Positions 1-15,027 of a stretch of 64,000 bases of DNA are shown piece after piece. The DNA is from the human T2T-CHM13v2.0 reference genome, Homo sapiens. Both the position numbers and the translations under genes were made by a program. Below the pieces are notes generated by a model. The model saw nothing but the letters and a program-made list of their open reading frames with translations, ran no database searches and was not told the DNA's origin. Numbering within the stretch: the first letter of the stretch is position 1; every line of letters starts with the position of its first letter. The DNA lies in NCBI RefSeq assembly GCF_009914755.1, contig NC_060946.1, one strand, 5' to 3'.

Positions 1-450
1 TACCAAAAGCCTTCTGGAACTGATAAATGACTTTGGTAAAGTTTCAAGATAAAAATTAATGTATAAAAATCAGTAGCATTTCTGTACACTGATAACGTTC
101 AAGCTGAGAGCCAAATCAACAACACAATCACATTTACAATAGCTGCAAAAATAAATAAATAAATAAATAATACCTTGGAATTTAACCACGGAGGTGAAAG
201 ATCTCTACAAGTAGAACTTCAGAACACTGTTGAAATAAATTATCGATGATACAAACAAGTGGAAAAATACTCCATGCCCATAGATTAGAAGAACCAACAT
301 CATTAAAATGGTCATACTGCCCAAAGTAATCTATAGATTCAGCGCTATTCTTATCAAGCTACTAATGTCATTTTTCACAGAACTAGGAAAAACTTCTAAA
401 ATTCACGGGAAACCAAAAAAGAGCCCAAACAGCTGAAGCAATTCTGAGCC
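1..450 (+). mobile_element. Older LINE-1 ORF2 fragment (L1PB/L1MA-like), cut by the window edge
   Basis: Decayed similarity to the ORF2 post-RT region (aaaaatcagtagcatttctgtacact; cattaaaatggtcatactgcccaaagtaatctatagattc), paralleling the intact copy near 45650-46030. Confidence 0.85.
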
Positions 451-778
451 AGAGCTGCTGTTGCTCACTGTTGCTCACTCAGCACCCAGAGGAAGTGGAG
501 GACAGCCCACAGATGACCCGCCCTGCAGGAGACAAGGCACACCTTATGGTGTGGGAAAACTCCAATCACAATTATCTTTCGTCTTAAGTTCCAAAAGGAC
601 ATGCATTTCTTTCTACTGTTGAAACAAACAAAAAAAGACGAGTGTACTTGCGAACAAAGGGGCAGGAAACAGGAGGCAGCAAACACTACAGGCTTTCCTT
701 CCATGTGACAAAGGGATGATGCATCTCAGAGGTGGGAGTTCAGATCCTGAGATGCCACACTTAAGAATAATAATAGCC

Positions 779-1203
<425 letters not shown>

Positions 1204-1489
1204 TTACATTTGATCTAAAGTTATAAGCTCGAATTTCAAACGTACAGCTCTCCATCTTGGGAAGGAAGATGATTGACTTTGATAAGCACTCCACCAGAGA
1301 GATAGACAGTGTAAGAAGCACAAGGCAGAAGGCTTGATGGATGAACTGTGGAGAGGGCAGAGCTTCATACCTTCCACCAAACGCCTCAATTAAAAAACGA
1401 GGTTGTAGGGGGATGGTTGTAAGATGTTTATATATTCAAAGATGGAGCAATAAAAGCTCAAAATGATCTGTATGATAGAAAAAGGGAAA

Positions 1490-1680
1490 AGAAAATGTAT
1501 TTATCACCCACAATATCCCCTAGCGTGGTGCCAGACACTTCACATGGGTTATCCAGTGATCCTTCCTTTGACAGAATAGGAAACTAAGAATTTTATGTGA
1601 TCAATATCCTGTAGCCAATAAAAGGAGGGCTTAGGATTCAAATTCAGGTCTGTCTGTCACCAAAGCCCATATATGCCATT
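1490..1680 (-). mobile_element. MIR SINE
   Basis: Reverse MIR core (tttgacagaataggaaactaag ... ggattcaaattcaggtctgtctg). Confidence 0.6.
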
Positions 1681-2487
1681 GTTCTTGGAGGAATCCTTAG
1701 AAGCCTTTTCTCACTCACTCATATTGTTCTGAAAGGATGTGGATATAAGGACAATCAAAGTTCATTCTAATGTTTTTTGTTCCAGTAGAGGGGCCTGACG
1801 TGGGAAAGGTGGAACACTGGTTGGGCAGTACATCTGTATTGGTAACCATGACCCTCTTCACAGCTTCACATTCAGACACACTTTTCTTCCTGTAGAGAGA
1901 AGACCTGAGTCTCAGGTTGCCTGCTTGGGGCAGGCTGACATTGGATTTGGAAACTCTTTCCTGTGCGTGCTTCATGGAACCCAGTATTTAATGATGCCTC
2001 TGATTTGAAGATGCTGCTAATCTATTATCACTCAACATGACATTGGGTGTCTTTGTTTGTTTTATGGAAATTGGCTGCATCAGTTTGGTGTTGCCCAGCT
2101 GTCCTGGAGGAATTAAGGGAAAAAACAAAAAACAAAAAAAAACACAATAAAACAGAGTGTTTTTCTATGTGGCAGCATTTGAGGAGATGCAGAAAGTCTT
2201 CCCAGATATTCCTTCCCTCCTCTGGCTCAGTACAATGCCTGTGTTTCCACTATGAATGTCAGAGTACTTTCAGAACTAGAAGAGCCTGTGGAGACCATCC
2301 AAACACATCTGACAGTAATGGATGAGTTCACTGAGACCCACTGGAGGGAAAGGTCTTTCTAAGACCATGCAGAGAAGTATGAGTGGCTGCTTCCATCCTT
2401 CAGCCCAGTGCTGCACACCTGCAAACCACTCACTATTTGTGTATTTATTAAGCCTTAGAGACAGCACTTTTCAAAAGAATAGAATTG

Positions 2488-2779
2488 GGCTGGGTGCTGT
2501 GGCTTACGCCTGTAATCCCACCACTTTAGGAGGCCGAGGTGGGCAGATCACAAGGTCAGGAGATCCTGACCATCCTGGCCAACTTGGTGAAACCCTGTCT
2601 CTACTAAAAATACAAAAAGTTAGCTGGGTGGGGTGGCGCTTGCCTGTAATCCCAGCTACTTGGGAGGCTGAGGCATGAGAATCACTTGAACCAAGGAGTA
2701 GGAGGTTGAAGTGAGCCAAGATCATTGCACCACTGCACTCCAGCCTGGCAACAAAGTGAGACGTCTCAAAAAAAAAAGC
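2488..2779 (+). mobile_element. Alu (AluS-type)
   Basis: Dimeric Alu with A tail; TSD aaaagaatagaatt / aaaaggatagaatt. Confidence 0.97.
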
Positions 2780-3099
2780 AAAAGGATAGAATTATTAGTG
2801 GGAAAGGAGGAATTTCTAGTAGAGGGCCCAGTTTATAAGCGGTCTTAGATTTTAAAAAAAATTGATGGTGTCGTTCAGGAACAGGGAGTGCTAAGTAAGC
2901 ACAGGGTACTCCAAGAGGATTAATGAGATATAAGGCCAAAAAGATAGATTAGAACCACATGGTAGAGAGCCCTGAGTACCAGTGTAAGGCATTGCACTGC
3001 TGCCTCTGTCCTGTCATCTTATGGCCCCGGGCCATCCACTCAGGGTGGCATGTATGGCTTTGCTTCTCTTGAAATCTACCACCTTCTTTGAATACTACA

Positions 3100-3400
3100 A
3101 AGTTTATTAATCTATTCTGTTAGCACATGCTTCCTGAGTATCTACAGCATGTCAGGCACTGGTCTAGGTTCTAGAAGCCTATAGAAAATGTGGCAAACAA
3201 GGCTCTTGGCCTCATAAAACTTACATTTCCATGGGATATAGCAAAATAAACACAAATAAATCAACAACAGCATAAACCAATTGTGCCACATGCTCAGAAG
3301 AAATGAAGCACAACATTGCGACTGTAACCAAGTTGCAGGAAGTACTTTAAATGTGATGGCTAAAGAAGACTTCTCTGAGGAGGTGACATTTGAGCTGAGA
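3100..3400 (-). mobile_element. L2 3' fragment
   Basis: Reverse L2 3' end (ctgagtatctacagcatgtcaggcactggtctagg ... ttctctgaggaggtgacatttgagctgagac). Confidence 0.7.
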
Positions 3401-3642
3401 CCCACCCCCCCCCAAAAAAAAAAAAAAAATTGAGCTGGAGCTGGCGCCACAGAGGGATGGGAGAAGCTGGGCTCAGCCAAACAAAACTGCAAGTAGAAGT
3501 CTCTGGCGATAAAAGAATAAGATACAAAATTCAAAAATGACCAGGGTAAACTCAGCCACGGATAAAAAGAAATGAGAAGGTCTCATGAAGAAGTCTTTGT
3601 CATTGGACAAATTAAAAACAGGACAGATCTGAACTATGATTA

Positions 3643-4137
<495 letters not shown>

Positions 4138-5469
4138 AACTAAAGACTCAAGCAGGAAGGACAGCAGTGGGCACAGGAGGGGTGGGCTGGGACGTGGTGC
4201 CAGGGAGGAGAGTGAATCAGAGGGAGGAAGTGAGGAGGCACCATCAGCTATCTGCTTCTACCTTGCCGTGACTGGCTCGTGTCTGACTTCTTTGTGCCCA
4301 GATTGGCAAGCTGAGTCATTATGACATTAGTGAATGCTAAAGAACTCGGTTCTGGGAACCCTAGAATACCTGAGGACATCAGGATGGAGAATTGTTAAGA
4401 GATGGAGGGAAATTATTGCTAATGGGAGCCCAATAATAGTCATCACACCCACAATTCCCTGCATCACATCCTCTCTGAGATTCAGGTTAGAAGACAACTC
4501 CTGCTCTCCTAGGAGGATGAGAAGTTAAACATAATGCATTTTCAACAGGCTTAAGGTCCCACTGGACCAGCAGGATGTCATTGTTGGTCTGGCGTGGGCT
4601 GCTGAGGAGTGCTTCAAAACAGGGTAAAGGCAGTGGCAAAACAATTGGCTGTGTCATTCCAAACCCATCCGAGCAAATTACACAGAAGGCAAGCAAGTGT
4701 CATTATGATTTATATAAATATATGTTGTAGATTTCATTAAGATTAAGCCAGCTTTGCAGTTATCACTTGCTGGGTTGTTTGCTTGGTCCTTAATCTTTAT
4801 TTGCAACTGCCGATTAGCCTCATAAAGAACTCCTGTGGCCAGGAGCAAGCCTGAGCCTCACCTTGCTTTCTTTTCTTTAGGATTTCAGTCAAGGAGATGC
4901 CTACCTGGGGACAGAATCTGGAAAAGACCTCAAAATAGATCTTCTCAAGGCACCCGGAGGCAAACGAGGCATAGACACACTAGGATAAAAGCTGTCTTCA
5001 AGTCAGAGCCCTCCCTAGGGCTCCAGGCAGAGCAAAGGACCAGATCTCCCCCTCTGCACTCCCCACCTACAGATGAGCACCCAGGCAGGGGACACTCAAA
5101 GCAGGTGAATGAGGTAATAGTGGCTGTCAACCTTTTCATGTCAATGAAATGAATGATTGTCATTTGAGCAATCTTTCAACAATTCATTTAAATTCACTTA
5201 TTAAGCTGTAGAGTGCAGGCAATCAGATGGCTCAGTGTAAAGATGAAAAAAAAAAATAAGAATACTACAATTCCTTGCCCTAAAGGAATTAACTCTGGTT
5301 TAGAGATGGGCTCATAAACATGATCTCAGGTTGGGAGAAGAAGGATGAAGAAATCATAATAGTGCAGCACATAGCTGAGGGATTTGGGGTTTTATAAAGC
5401 AAGCTGGAATTTTTCAAGTCTTCTAGAAACACCATCTTTTGTTTGTCCAAATAAGATCTTATGCAAAAA

Positions 5470-6200
5470 CTCACGCAACTGCTGGAGTGATCTTTCTAAA
5501 ATGTCAGTCTGACCACATCGCTCCTTGGCTCAGAGCAAAGATCTGCAAACTTTCTATAAAGAGCCAGTAGATATATATGTTAGATTTTATAGACCAGACA
5601 GCCTCTGTCACAACTACACAACTCTGCCCTTGTAGTGCTAATGAGGTCAGACACAGTAAGTAAATGAACGTTTGTGGCTGTCTTCCAATAAAATTGTGTT
5701 TGCAAGATTTGGACCATGGTCCATAGTTTACCTCTGACCTAGAGTCACTCAGAGGTTCCCATTCCCTTAGCATGGGACCCCGCACTTTTCACAATGGGAA
5801 CTCCAGCACCCAATTGACCACTCTGTCCCTCCCCGTCCCTCCCCATCCCTCCCCATCGCCCCCCATCCCCTCTCTCTGCATCCTCTGATCCAGCCACATA
5901 GAACTTTTCTCTGTAACCTGAAAACACCATGGTCCTTCACAACATGATGTCTTCATGCATGCTGTTCACACTTTCTGAATTGTCTCTACTTTGTCAATGA
6001 AATTCCTATTTGTTCATGTTCTAGCACGTATGTCCCCCGTCTTGTTATTATTTTTGCAACATTTGACTACTTGGAAAAACTGATTATTTTCATGTCCATC
6101 TATCGAAGCAGAGTCTGAGTTTCTCAAAAGTAGGGTCCATGCATTTATTCCTTCCTGGATCCAAGCTCCCAGCACTAAGAAATATTTAATGGATGAAATA
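5470..6200 (+). mobile_element. L2 fragment interrupted by MER58A
   Basis: gtgatctttctaaaatgtcagtctgacc before the MITE; L2-like sequence resumes after it and ends aaatatttaatggatgaa. Confidence 0.65.
5536..5736. mobile_element. MER58A-like hAT MITE nested in L2
   Basis: caaagatctgcaaactttctataaagagccag ... caactctgcccttgtagtgc ... ccatagtttacctctg; imperfect 8-bp TSD gctcagag / acctagag. Confidence 0.8.
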
Positions 6201-6489
6201 CACTACAATAAATGGAGGGCACTAAACTAGAGAAAAACACACTGTATCCCTGTGTCTTGTTCAATCAGAAGTGTCAAGGTCTATTTCCAAACTTCTGAGC
6301 CTGAAAAATTCTCTCTAGAGAGCCTCCCTCTTTCCAGATTTTTCTTCCTTTTATTTCTCGTTCGAATTCTTCTTTCATTTTTTTCTTTCTCTATTATACT
6401 CTAACGTCTCACACAATGAGTACAGAAAAGTGAAGGACCATTCCATTACTTTTATCTAGTAACTAGAAATTTTGCCTAAAGTTACTTAT

Positions 6490-6870
6490 TCGACACACAT
6501 TTTTGAGTACCTTCCATATATTTAGGATACACCTGTAAACAAGGGAGTTGTACCCTAACCTCTCAAGAAGCCCGGAGTTTACTGGTAGAGAAAGGAAATG
6601 AACAGGTGATTAAACTACAGATTGGTAAATGTTACAGTAGAAAGCAGGGTCAGTGGAAGCAGGTTATTCAACCCCAAACCTGGGAAGGCAGGAGGTAGGA
6701 AGTCAGATAATTCTTACTTGATTAAGTGATATCTGAGGCAAGGCGTGGAGTTGTCATATTAGGTAGGAGTTAGCCAGGTAAGTGGGGCAAAGAACATGCC
6801 AGGAGGAGGAACAGGAAAAGCAAAGTCCTGAGAGTGAGAAAGAGGCATGAACTCAGGGAACAGAGAGTAA
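6490..6870 (-). mobile_element. L2 fragment
   Basis: Reverse L2 (ctctcaagaagcccggagtttactgg ... aggagttagccagg ... gcaaagtcctgagag). Confidence 0.6.
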
Positions 6871-7216
6871 TTTAGCCTCAGGCAAAGTTGTACTGTGCTC
6901 AGCATTTGCGGCAAGTTTCACGGGAGCTGACATCACTATCCCAGGGGTGGAACCTAGACAGTGAGACCCCCAGCAGACGTCTCAGGAAGAAGCAATAGTT
7001 GGAGTCACTCAAGTAGAAGCAATATAATTCCAGCCAGCTTAGATGAGGGCAGAGCTGAGCTACAACTCAGCTCCTAAGCCAAGAGCCGACAGTTTATGCA
7101 TTCTAAAAATATGACTGAGCCACTGTGATGCAGGGGGAGATACAATGATCGGACAGACAGACATGAGCAAACAGGTTTCCAGAAGCCCATCAATCAGGCT
7201 GAGGACTCGGGGGCAG

Positions 7217-7390
7217 GAGTAGCTGGGATCAGAGGTGCCCACCACCACGCCCGGCTAATTTTTTGTATTTTTAGTAGAGACGGGGTTTCACCATGTTAGC
7301 CAGGATTGTCTCGGTCTCCTGACCTCGTGATCCACCTTCCTTGGCCTCCCAAAGTGCTGGGATTACAGGTGTGAGCCACCGAGCCCGGCC
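7217..7390 (-). mobile_element. Alu, 3'-truncated (left arm plus start of right arm)
   Basis: Intact 5' end (cccggcc at 7390); homology stops at gagtagctggg; no tail or TSD. Confidence 0.93.
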
Positions 7391-9219
7391 AGGATTGAGT
7401 TTTATACCAGCAGAGGCACTGAAGGGTCTTTCAGAAACTAAGAAGGAGAAAAGCAGAGAACAGGAAGACGTCAACTGTGAGAATCAGGGGAGAGAGCTCT
7501 ACTCCCAGGTGCTGCTCACGGGTCCATTGGGGTTCATCAGTATTCTATTCTGCCTGGCTTAGATACCACTGGCTCAGTATTGCAGAGCATCGTGGCTGAT
7601 GTTATCTGTATCTAGAGTCAAATATCCCTGAGAGTATAACAGCTTGCTTGGCCCGGTTGAGGAACTCCAAGCCCCCAGACTTTCTAGAAAGTGGCCATCA
7701 TTAGGATTGATTTTGCCAGTAATTTGATGCAGGGCCTCCATTTCATCCGTTGAAATAAAAAAAAACACCACAGCCCTGTGGTTTTCTCTAAGATTCATTT
7801 TAGCTTCCTTCTATAACCTTCATTAATCTCTCCAGGAACACCTTGCAGAGTCTCGTTCTAAGCCTTTAGGGCTCTGGGGTTAGAGTTAACTCTTAATTGA
7901 GCCTCCTCTTACCAAGAACAAACAACACAGGCTGTCTACCAGGCAGGATTTACATACTCAGACTTACACCTTCTCTTCTCCTCCATTCAAGACAGGGGGG
8001 GCATGCAGAAGCCTTGATCTCCGAGTGGTCTGTGGCCGTGAGGTGGAGAGATACAACTGCTTTGTCGAGGACCCAAGGGAAAACCGAGCCGTGGCTGTCT
8101 GAGTCTTATCAAAGGAAAAACGGTAACAGTACTTTTATTTTCTTTTAATGAGTAATGTAGGGGAAAAAACTTGTAAGTAAGAATTCGAAACTAAATTTGC
8201 CAAATATGCTGAGAGTTGATCCTTGGAGAAACTTTATCTTTACTGCATAGTCAAACACATCAACTTTGGGGGCACCTGGCAATTACTATGTGGCATAGAT
8301 TCAATTTGTTCTTGTGTAGACAATATTATCTGGCACAGGGAACAGGAAACCTCCACACATATTTTAGTAAACACAATCCCAGATCGTGAGGAAGGGTTTC
8401 TGGGGGCTCCTCATCGACACAGCCAGCATCCTGTTTTGCTTTGCAGCCAGTGAAGAGGCAGGGCCCATCCAAATCTCCCAGTTGTGGGGGCTCGTTGAGC
8501 AGCCTGGGAAGGGCTGAAACAGAGACAGCAGACATCCTCTGATGTCTGAAGGTGATTAAAAGCAAAAGAGGAGATCTCTGGTAGTCTATTCTTTTTTCTC
8601 TGATAGATTGGTGATTCTCAAAATTTGGGGGAGGGGGGCAATTTGTGGGAAAGCCTGTAATGTATTTGTATGGCTTATCCATAAAGACCATAAAGCCAGT
8701 CTTGAACAAAATTCTTGTTATTTCAGGGAATAATTTTACTGCCTTGCATGTATAAAGACATACCTTATCACTTATCCAAAACTATGATAATTCCATTTGG
8801 AAGAATAATGTGGCATAGTCATGGTGCCTTTGCCAATTTCAGGTGAATGTCAAATACTAGTAATGGGTGAATATGTGGCTCTTCAGTCCTGTTGAGAGAT
8901 AAAGGTGGGCAGAGTCAGGGTGGGGGCACTACTGGTCCTTTCACTATCTGAGTTCACTATACCTTTGACAGGTGCCAAGTACTGAGTATTGGCATAATGA
9001 AGGCAACTTCATTTGCCAAGTTATGCCTTCAATAGACTCTTCATTCCAGGTGACTATAGGACTCATTTAAGTACTGCTTTACCAGTGGGTGCTCTAGGCT
9101 ACTAGTTTTCTATTCTCTAATAGTAACCAGGGATTCACCGCCTTCGACTCAGCCAGATTACATAACCTATACCAGGTTTTTATCCTAGAGAGTCTAATGC
9201 CTATAACCATTTCTGGTAC

Positions 9220-9960
<741 letters not shown>

Positions 9961-11059
9961 GGTTGCCAGCAGATGTGGAGGGAGCCAGGCTACAGTATTC
10001 ACTCCTCCACCACCCCGAGTTCCATCCAAGTTCCCAAATTATGAATTAATCAGCCAAGTATTTGTTGCAGTGCTACTGCACACAAAGTACCTTGGCGGTA
10101 CAGGGTTGTATGAGGTGTGTCTAAAGTATGATGTTCGTTGATTTCACAAACTAAGCCAAATTAATGGGCTGGAATGAATATCTCCCTTCAAAGGGGAACC
10201 CTGTGCAGATCTTACATGGGACAGTCTGGCCTCAGACCTTTTCTGGACTCCCTTTGGAGGGCTTAATGAGCATATACACATATGTACCCTCGAAATCAGG
10301 TTCATGGTTTTAAAACCATACTTGTCAGAACAGTATCTCATGTTGACAATGTGCCAGGCCCTGTGGTATGTTGTTTACAAGCGTTACATTACTTCAATTG
10401 CATGACAAATTGCACTGTGAAGTAGGTGCTATTCTCATTTCTCTTTTAATGAAAGAAAGAAAAGCTCAGAAAAGTTAAGTGACTTTTGCAAAGTCTCACG
10501 TGTTCTAAGTGTGCAGCAGGAGAAGGGAACTGAAGGCTCTGTGGCTTCAAAGGCCATTCTCTTCCCATAACATTAACATTCCTTTCCTTAACTAAGAGAA
10601 TGGAGTTTTCCTTCCAGCCTGAGAGCCTACCATATCTCTTGGGCTTGTATCTCAGGGATGTTCTACTGTTTCCATGAAGGGCAGCCTCTCAGTGCAAAAA
10701 GACGTCTCTGAGTTGGTTACTGTTCCTGAATAAATCCAAGTGAATATGCTCTTAGATCTTCAGCCAGTCCTAAGGAGAGAGAGGAAGAATGTTGTGAATC
10801 ATGGATTTATTAGTTTAATATTCCCAAAGCTTCGCCAAGTGGCTCTCTGAGAAAGGGATAGTCATCAACTAAGTATAACAAGAATAGGATGTATAATCAA
10901 TAATCATCGAGATGTATAAGGTGAAGTGTGTTTACTTAGATTTAAACATGTCACTTCATTATTGTATCTACGTAATATTTGGCTTCCATTCTCATGTGAT
11001 ACCTAATTTCTTCCTTCTTTCACTTTCTTTCTGATACAATGTAATACTGAGGTTGAATA

Positions 11060-11592
<533 letters not shown>

Positions 11593-11654
11593 AGAATTTA
11601 CTTTTTATTTTTCATGTACAAAACTCTGCTCTAGGCACCCTAAAGATTCTTACC

Positions 11655-11950
11655 TTCACTAATTCAACAAACATTTACTGAATGCTGGAGATTATAAAGG
11701 ATTCCAATGTGGTTTCAGCCTCTAGGAGCTCAATGTGTGGCAGAGGAAACAGATCAGTGAACAAATCAATGGAGTTAAAAGTCTATGGTATCTAGTTGTG
11801 GTACACACTCTCCAGGATAGAGTGCAAGCATGAGAGTGAGTGGTAGTTCTACCTAGCTGTTATGTCTGGGGAGGCTTCAAAAAGATGATGTTTGAGATTA
11901 GTCTAGAAAGATGGTTCCAGAGGGTAGAAAGAAAGGGAATTCCATGGAGA
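11655..11950 (-). mobile_element. L2 3' fragment
   Basis: ttcaacaaacatttactgaatgct ... ggagctcaatgtgtgg ... ggggaggcttc. Confidence 0.65.
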
Positions 11951-13149
11951 CACAAACAAAAAAGCAAGAATGAAAGCAAGCTGACAGGAAGGGAACCATA
12001 GGTATTGTGATGGGACAAAACTCACACAAGGGGTGGGAGGCAGACGGATCTAGAGTCTGGGGGGAGGTTGCCATAAGTAGTCACAAGCAATGTCAGCAAA
12101 CATTGCTCTAAACTATATAAATCCCAGTGCTCCCAGTGGCCCAGTCCCTGAACAAAGTCACATTTAAGAAAAAGTTTCATTGTCAGGAGGGAATTAATGA
12201 CAATCAAATCTTCCCCGGCCATCATACTTAAAAATGTCAGAGGGTAGAAATACAGTCAATGCCAAGAACTCCTAATATGTAGGTTTGCATCTCTCTTCCC
12301 AAATCTTACACTCATAACAACTGTAGAACGTGTCTCCCTTCTCTCCGCTCCACAAGTCCCACGTGCAGTTTCTTCATTGCCATGCCCCTCTTTGGTCCAT
12401 CCCAGCCACAGCCACGCGCTAAGTGCCTGCTTTGCTCCCACCTGCTGGCCAGTCCAAGGGAAGCCAACAGGGAATTCTCAACCATGTTGCCCTACAAGAC
12501 AGCATAGCCAGGGCATTCATTTGCTGGTAGACCCCACATGGTTTTAAGAAAAGGAGGCTATCTCTAGCTCAGTGACTCCTGGAAAGCCTCAGGCACCAGG
12601 TGATACCTGAGTTGGGACTGTGCCATCTGAGAAGTCCCAGATGGAAATTGGACAGACAGAAAATAAGAAAAAAGCCATGTTGAGGAAGAAAGAAAGGAGC
12701 GAATGGAACCAACGCTGGTGTAGGATCTCTATGCATTGGGAACAGTTGTACTCACTTTGCCCTCTGCACACCTGGGATGCAGGTTTTCTGAGACACCACA
12801 GCATTTTGGAAGTAGAAGAGACCTTAGATATTCCGTCGTCCAGCCCTTTGGCTTTAGAGATGAAATTTGGGACCAGAGAGAAAAAGAACATAGACATTTT
12901 TGTCTAAAATTCAAACATTTACTTCACTTCTTCAATCAAAATTACAAATTAGATTCATCGTCCCCAGGAAACTGTGATGTTTCTTGTCATGAGTATGAAC
13001 ATAGAGTCACAAAATGTATGAAAGAGGTGGGTATGTATTTGTATGTTCCTTTTAAAAAGGATGTCCTCCTTGGGATATGTCCTCCAGGATTAATTTTAGC
13101 AAGGATGGAAGTGGGAGAAAGGCAGTATGGGGTGAGCATTTTCAGGGGT

Positions 13150-13370
13150 GGTACTAATTTGAATTCTCCCTGGGCTTTGCCACTCACAAGTGGAGTATGA
13201 TATTGGTCAGTTCCTTAGTCTCCTTGAGCCTCAGTTTCCCTGTCTTGTAAAATGAAGTGTGTGATTGCACCTTGCTCTCTGTGTTGTCAGGATCATTTGA
13301 GATAATGAACATAAAGCCCTTATCAAAGGGACAGGCAGGAAGTCACTGCTAAATTGGTGGTAGCTAATAT
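13150..13370 (+). mobile_element. MIR SINE
   Basis: MIR core ctccttgagcctcagtttccctgtcttgtaaaatg. Confidence 0.7.
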
Positions 13371-14815
13371 TATTAGTGCTGTTGAACAAACAAATTCTGC
13401 AGGCACCTTGCAGCAGACATTCTAATATGTTCAGCATCCATTTCAATCGTATTTATTGTGTTTCCCTTGTCCTCTGGGCCATGGTCCATATTTACAAGCA
13501 AGGTGCTTTGTTGGCAATATCAGCATTGATTGTAGGACGACCTGGGGGCCTTCAAACTGTCCCTTCCTCAAGATGGCCATACCAGTCAACCCTCAGGGGA
13601 ATAGATAGCAGGGCTCTGCCAATTGCACTTGGCATGGAGCATGTGGTCAGCAGGATGAGCACAGCCTCCATCCTGGCTGGGAAAGGTGAGCCGGCAGATG
13701 CTGATTCCAACACAGATGTTGCCCAGGAGAGTGGCAGCCGCTGGTGTCAGGAATTGCTAATTGTGTTGCCTCCTGGCACAGCATTCACACACAGCCCTAG
13801 AATGGCTCTTGCATTGGAAAAGGATTCTTTCTGCCTCTCGTTTTGTGGCAACTTCCTTCTCAGGGACAAAGCCTGGCGCTGTTACAAGATTTGGTTTACA
13901 GAAAAAGGCCCTTGTACTGTGCCCAGTTTTCCAGATGGGCTCCTCTTTAAACTAAAAAAAAAAAAAAAAAAATTGATTTGGCCAAGTTCACCTGGTGAAC
14001 CCAGACGCGCAGTAGGGCTAGTCCTCCCATTTGAATGCCACCTTTTTAAATTAAACTTTCTCTCTTAAAGGCAAGACACACTGATTAGTTAGTTTCCTGC
14101 CCAAAAAACTTACAAAACACATACACATCCTATAATATAACACATTTATTATAATAGTTCTCCCTCCCTATTTCAAGCACTGCAGTATTTCACCATGGAA
14201 AGGATCTGGCCTTTGCTATCAAAACTCTTGATTCTGAATTCTGGGTCTGCCACACCAGACCTTTGTGACTTTGGACAAGAGTTCTGTCCTTGAGGCTCAG
14301 TCACCTTGTGTATAATATGTGGATAAGACAACCTACCCTCTCCATCTTGCAAAGAATAAAGGAGAAGAGTTATGTAAATTACTTAATATTGGGTGCCTGG
14401 AGCATGGTAAATGCTCATTAAATGCCCCTCTATTATTTCTTGTAACTAGTTGCAGAACAAATAAAGTCACATCTCTCTTAATAATGTAATTAATTTCTCA
14501 AGCTTTTCATATGACCAAATTACCCAGAAGCCCAGAAGTTCTTACTGGGGACCTCTCTATTGCTCCTGAATTGTCCGAGAATGCTTAATCAGCATGAAGG
14601 AGGCAGTCTGCTCTAAATGCTTCACAGAGAGCTGGAGAATCAGTCAGCAGGTGGGCCCCATTTTTTGCTGTTGCTTCATACAGGGTTGACATTGAAACCT
14701 AGGCCTGCATTGGCCATGGGGCCCATCTACTGCTGCAGAGATGGCAGTGCTAGTTCAGCAGTTTTTCCAGGATGTAAAATGAATGGCAAGGCATTCTTCA
14801 TCCCGACGGCAACAT

Positions 14816-14934
14816 ACGTCTGTAGTGCAGAATGCTACTGTGGGCCCATTTTCCAGGTACAGCAATGCTTTAACTATAGGTGTTAATACAGGTTTTTGTG
14901 TGGGCTGGAGTTGGTTAGTGTTAATTGAGCCAGG

Positions 14935-14982
<48 letters not shown>

Positions 14983-15027
14983 GTACCTAGAGGATAGGCC
15001 CACAATAGCATCCTGGACTACGGATGT
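14816..15027. repeat. Imperfect 46-bp inverted repeat (arms 14816-14861 and 14982-15027)
   Basis: Manual alignment of arm 1 with the reverse complement of arm 2: 37/46 identical, no gaps. Confidence 0.9.
14939..14978. repeat. (AC)20 microsatellite
   Basis: Pure AC run. Confidence 0.98.

Noticed and set aside
721-755. 9-bp hairpin gcatctcag...ctgagatgc
   Set aside because: Short enough to be expected by chance in 64 kb
12589-13200. Cluster of overlapping 95-154 aa ORFs
   Set aside because: No recognisable homology; partly MIR-derived
13376-14068. 230-aa ORF, the longest outside a coding transposon
   Set aside because: Non-ATG start, runs through an A homopolymer (poly-K), no recognisable domain; consistent with chance
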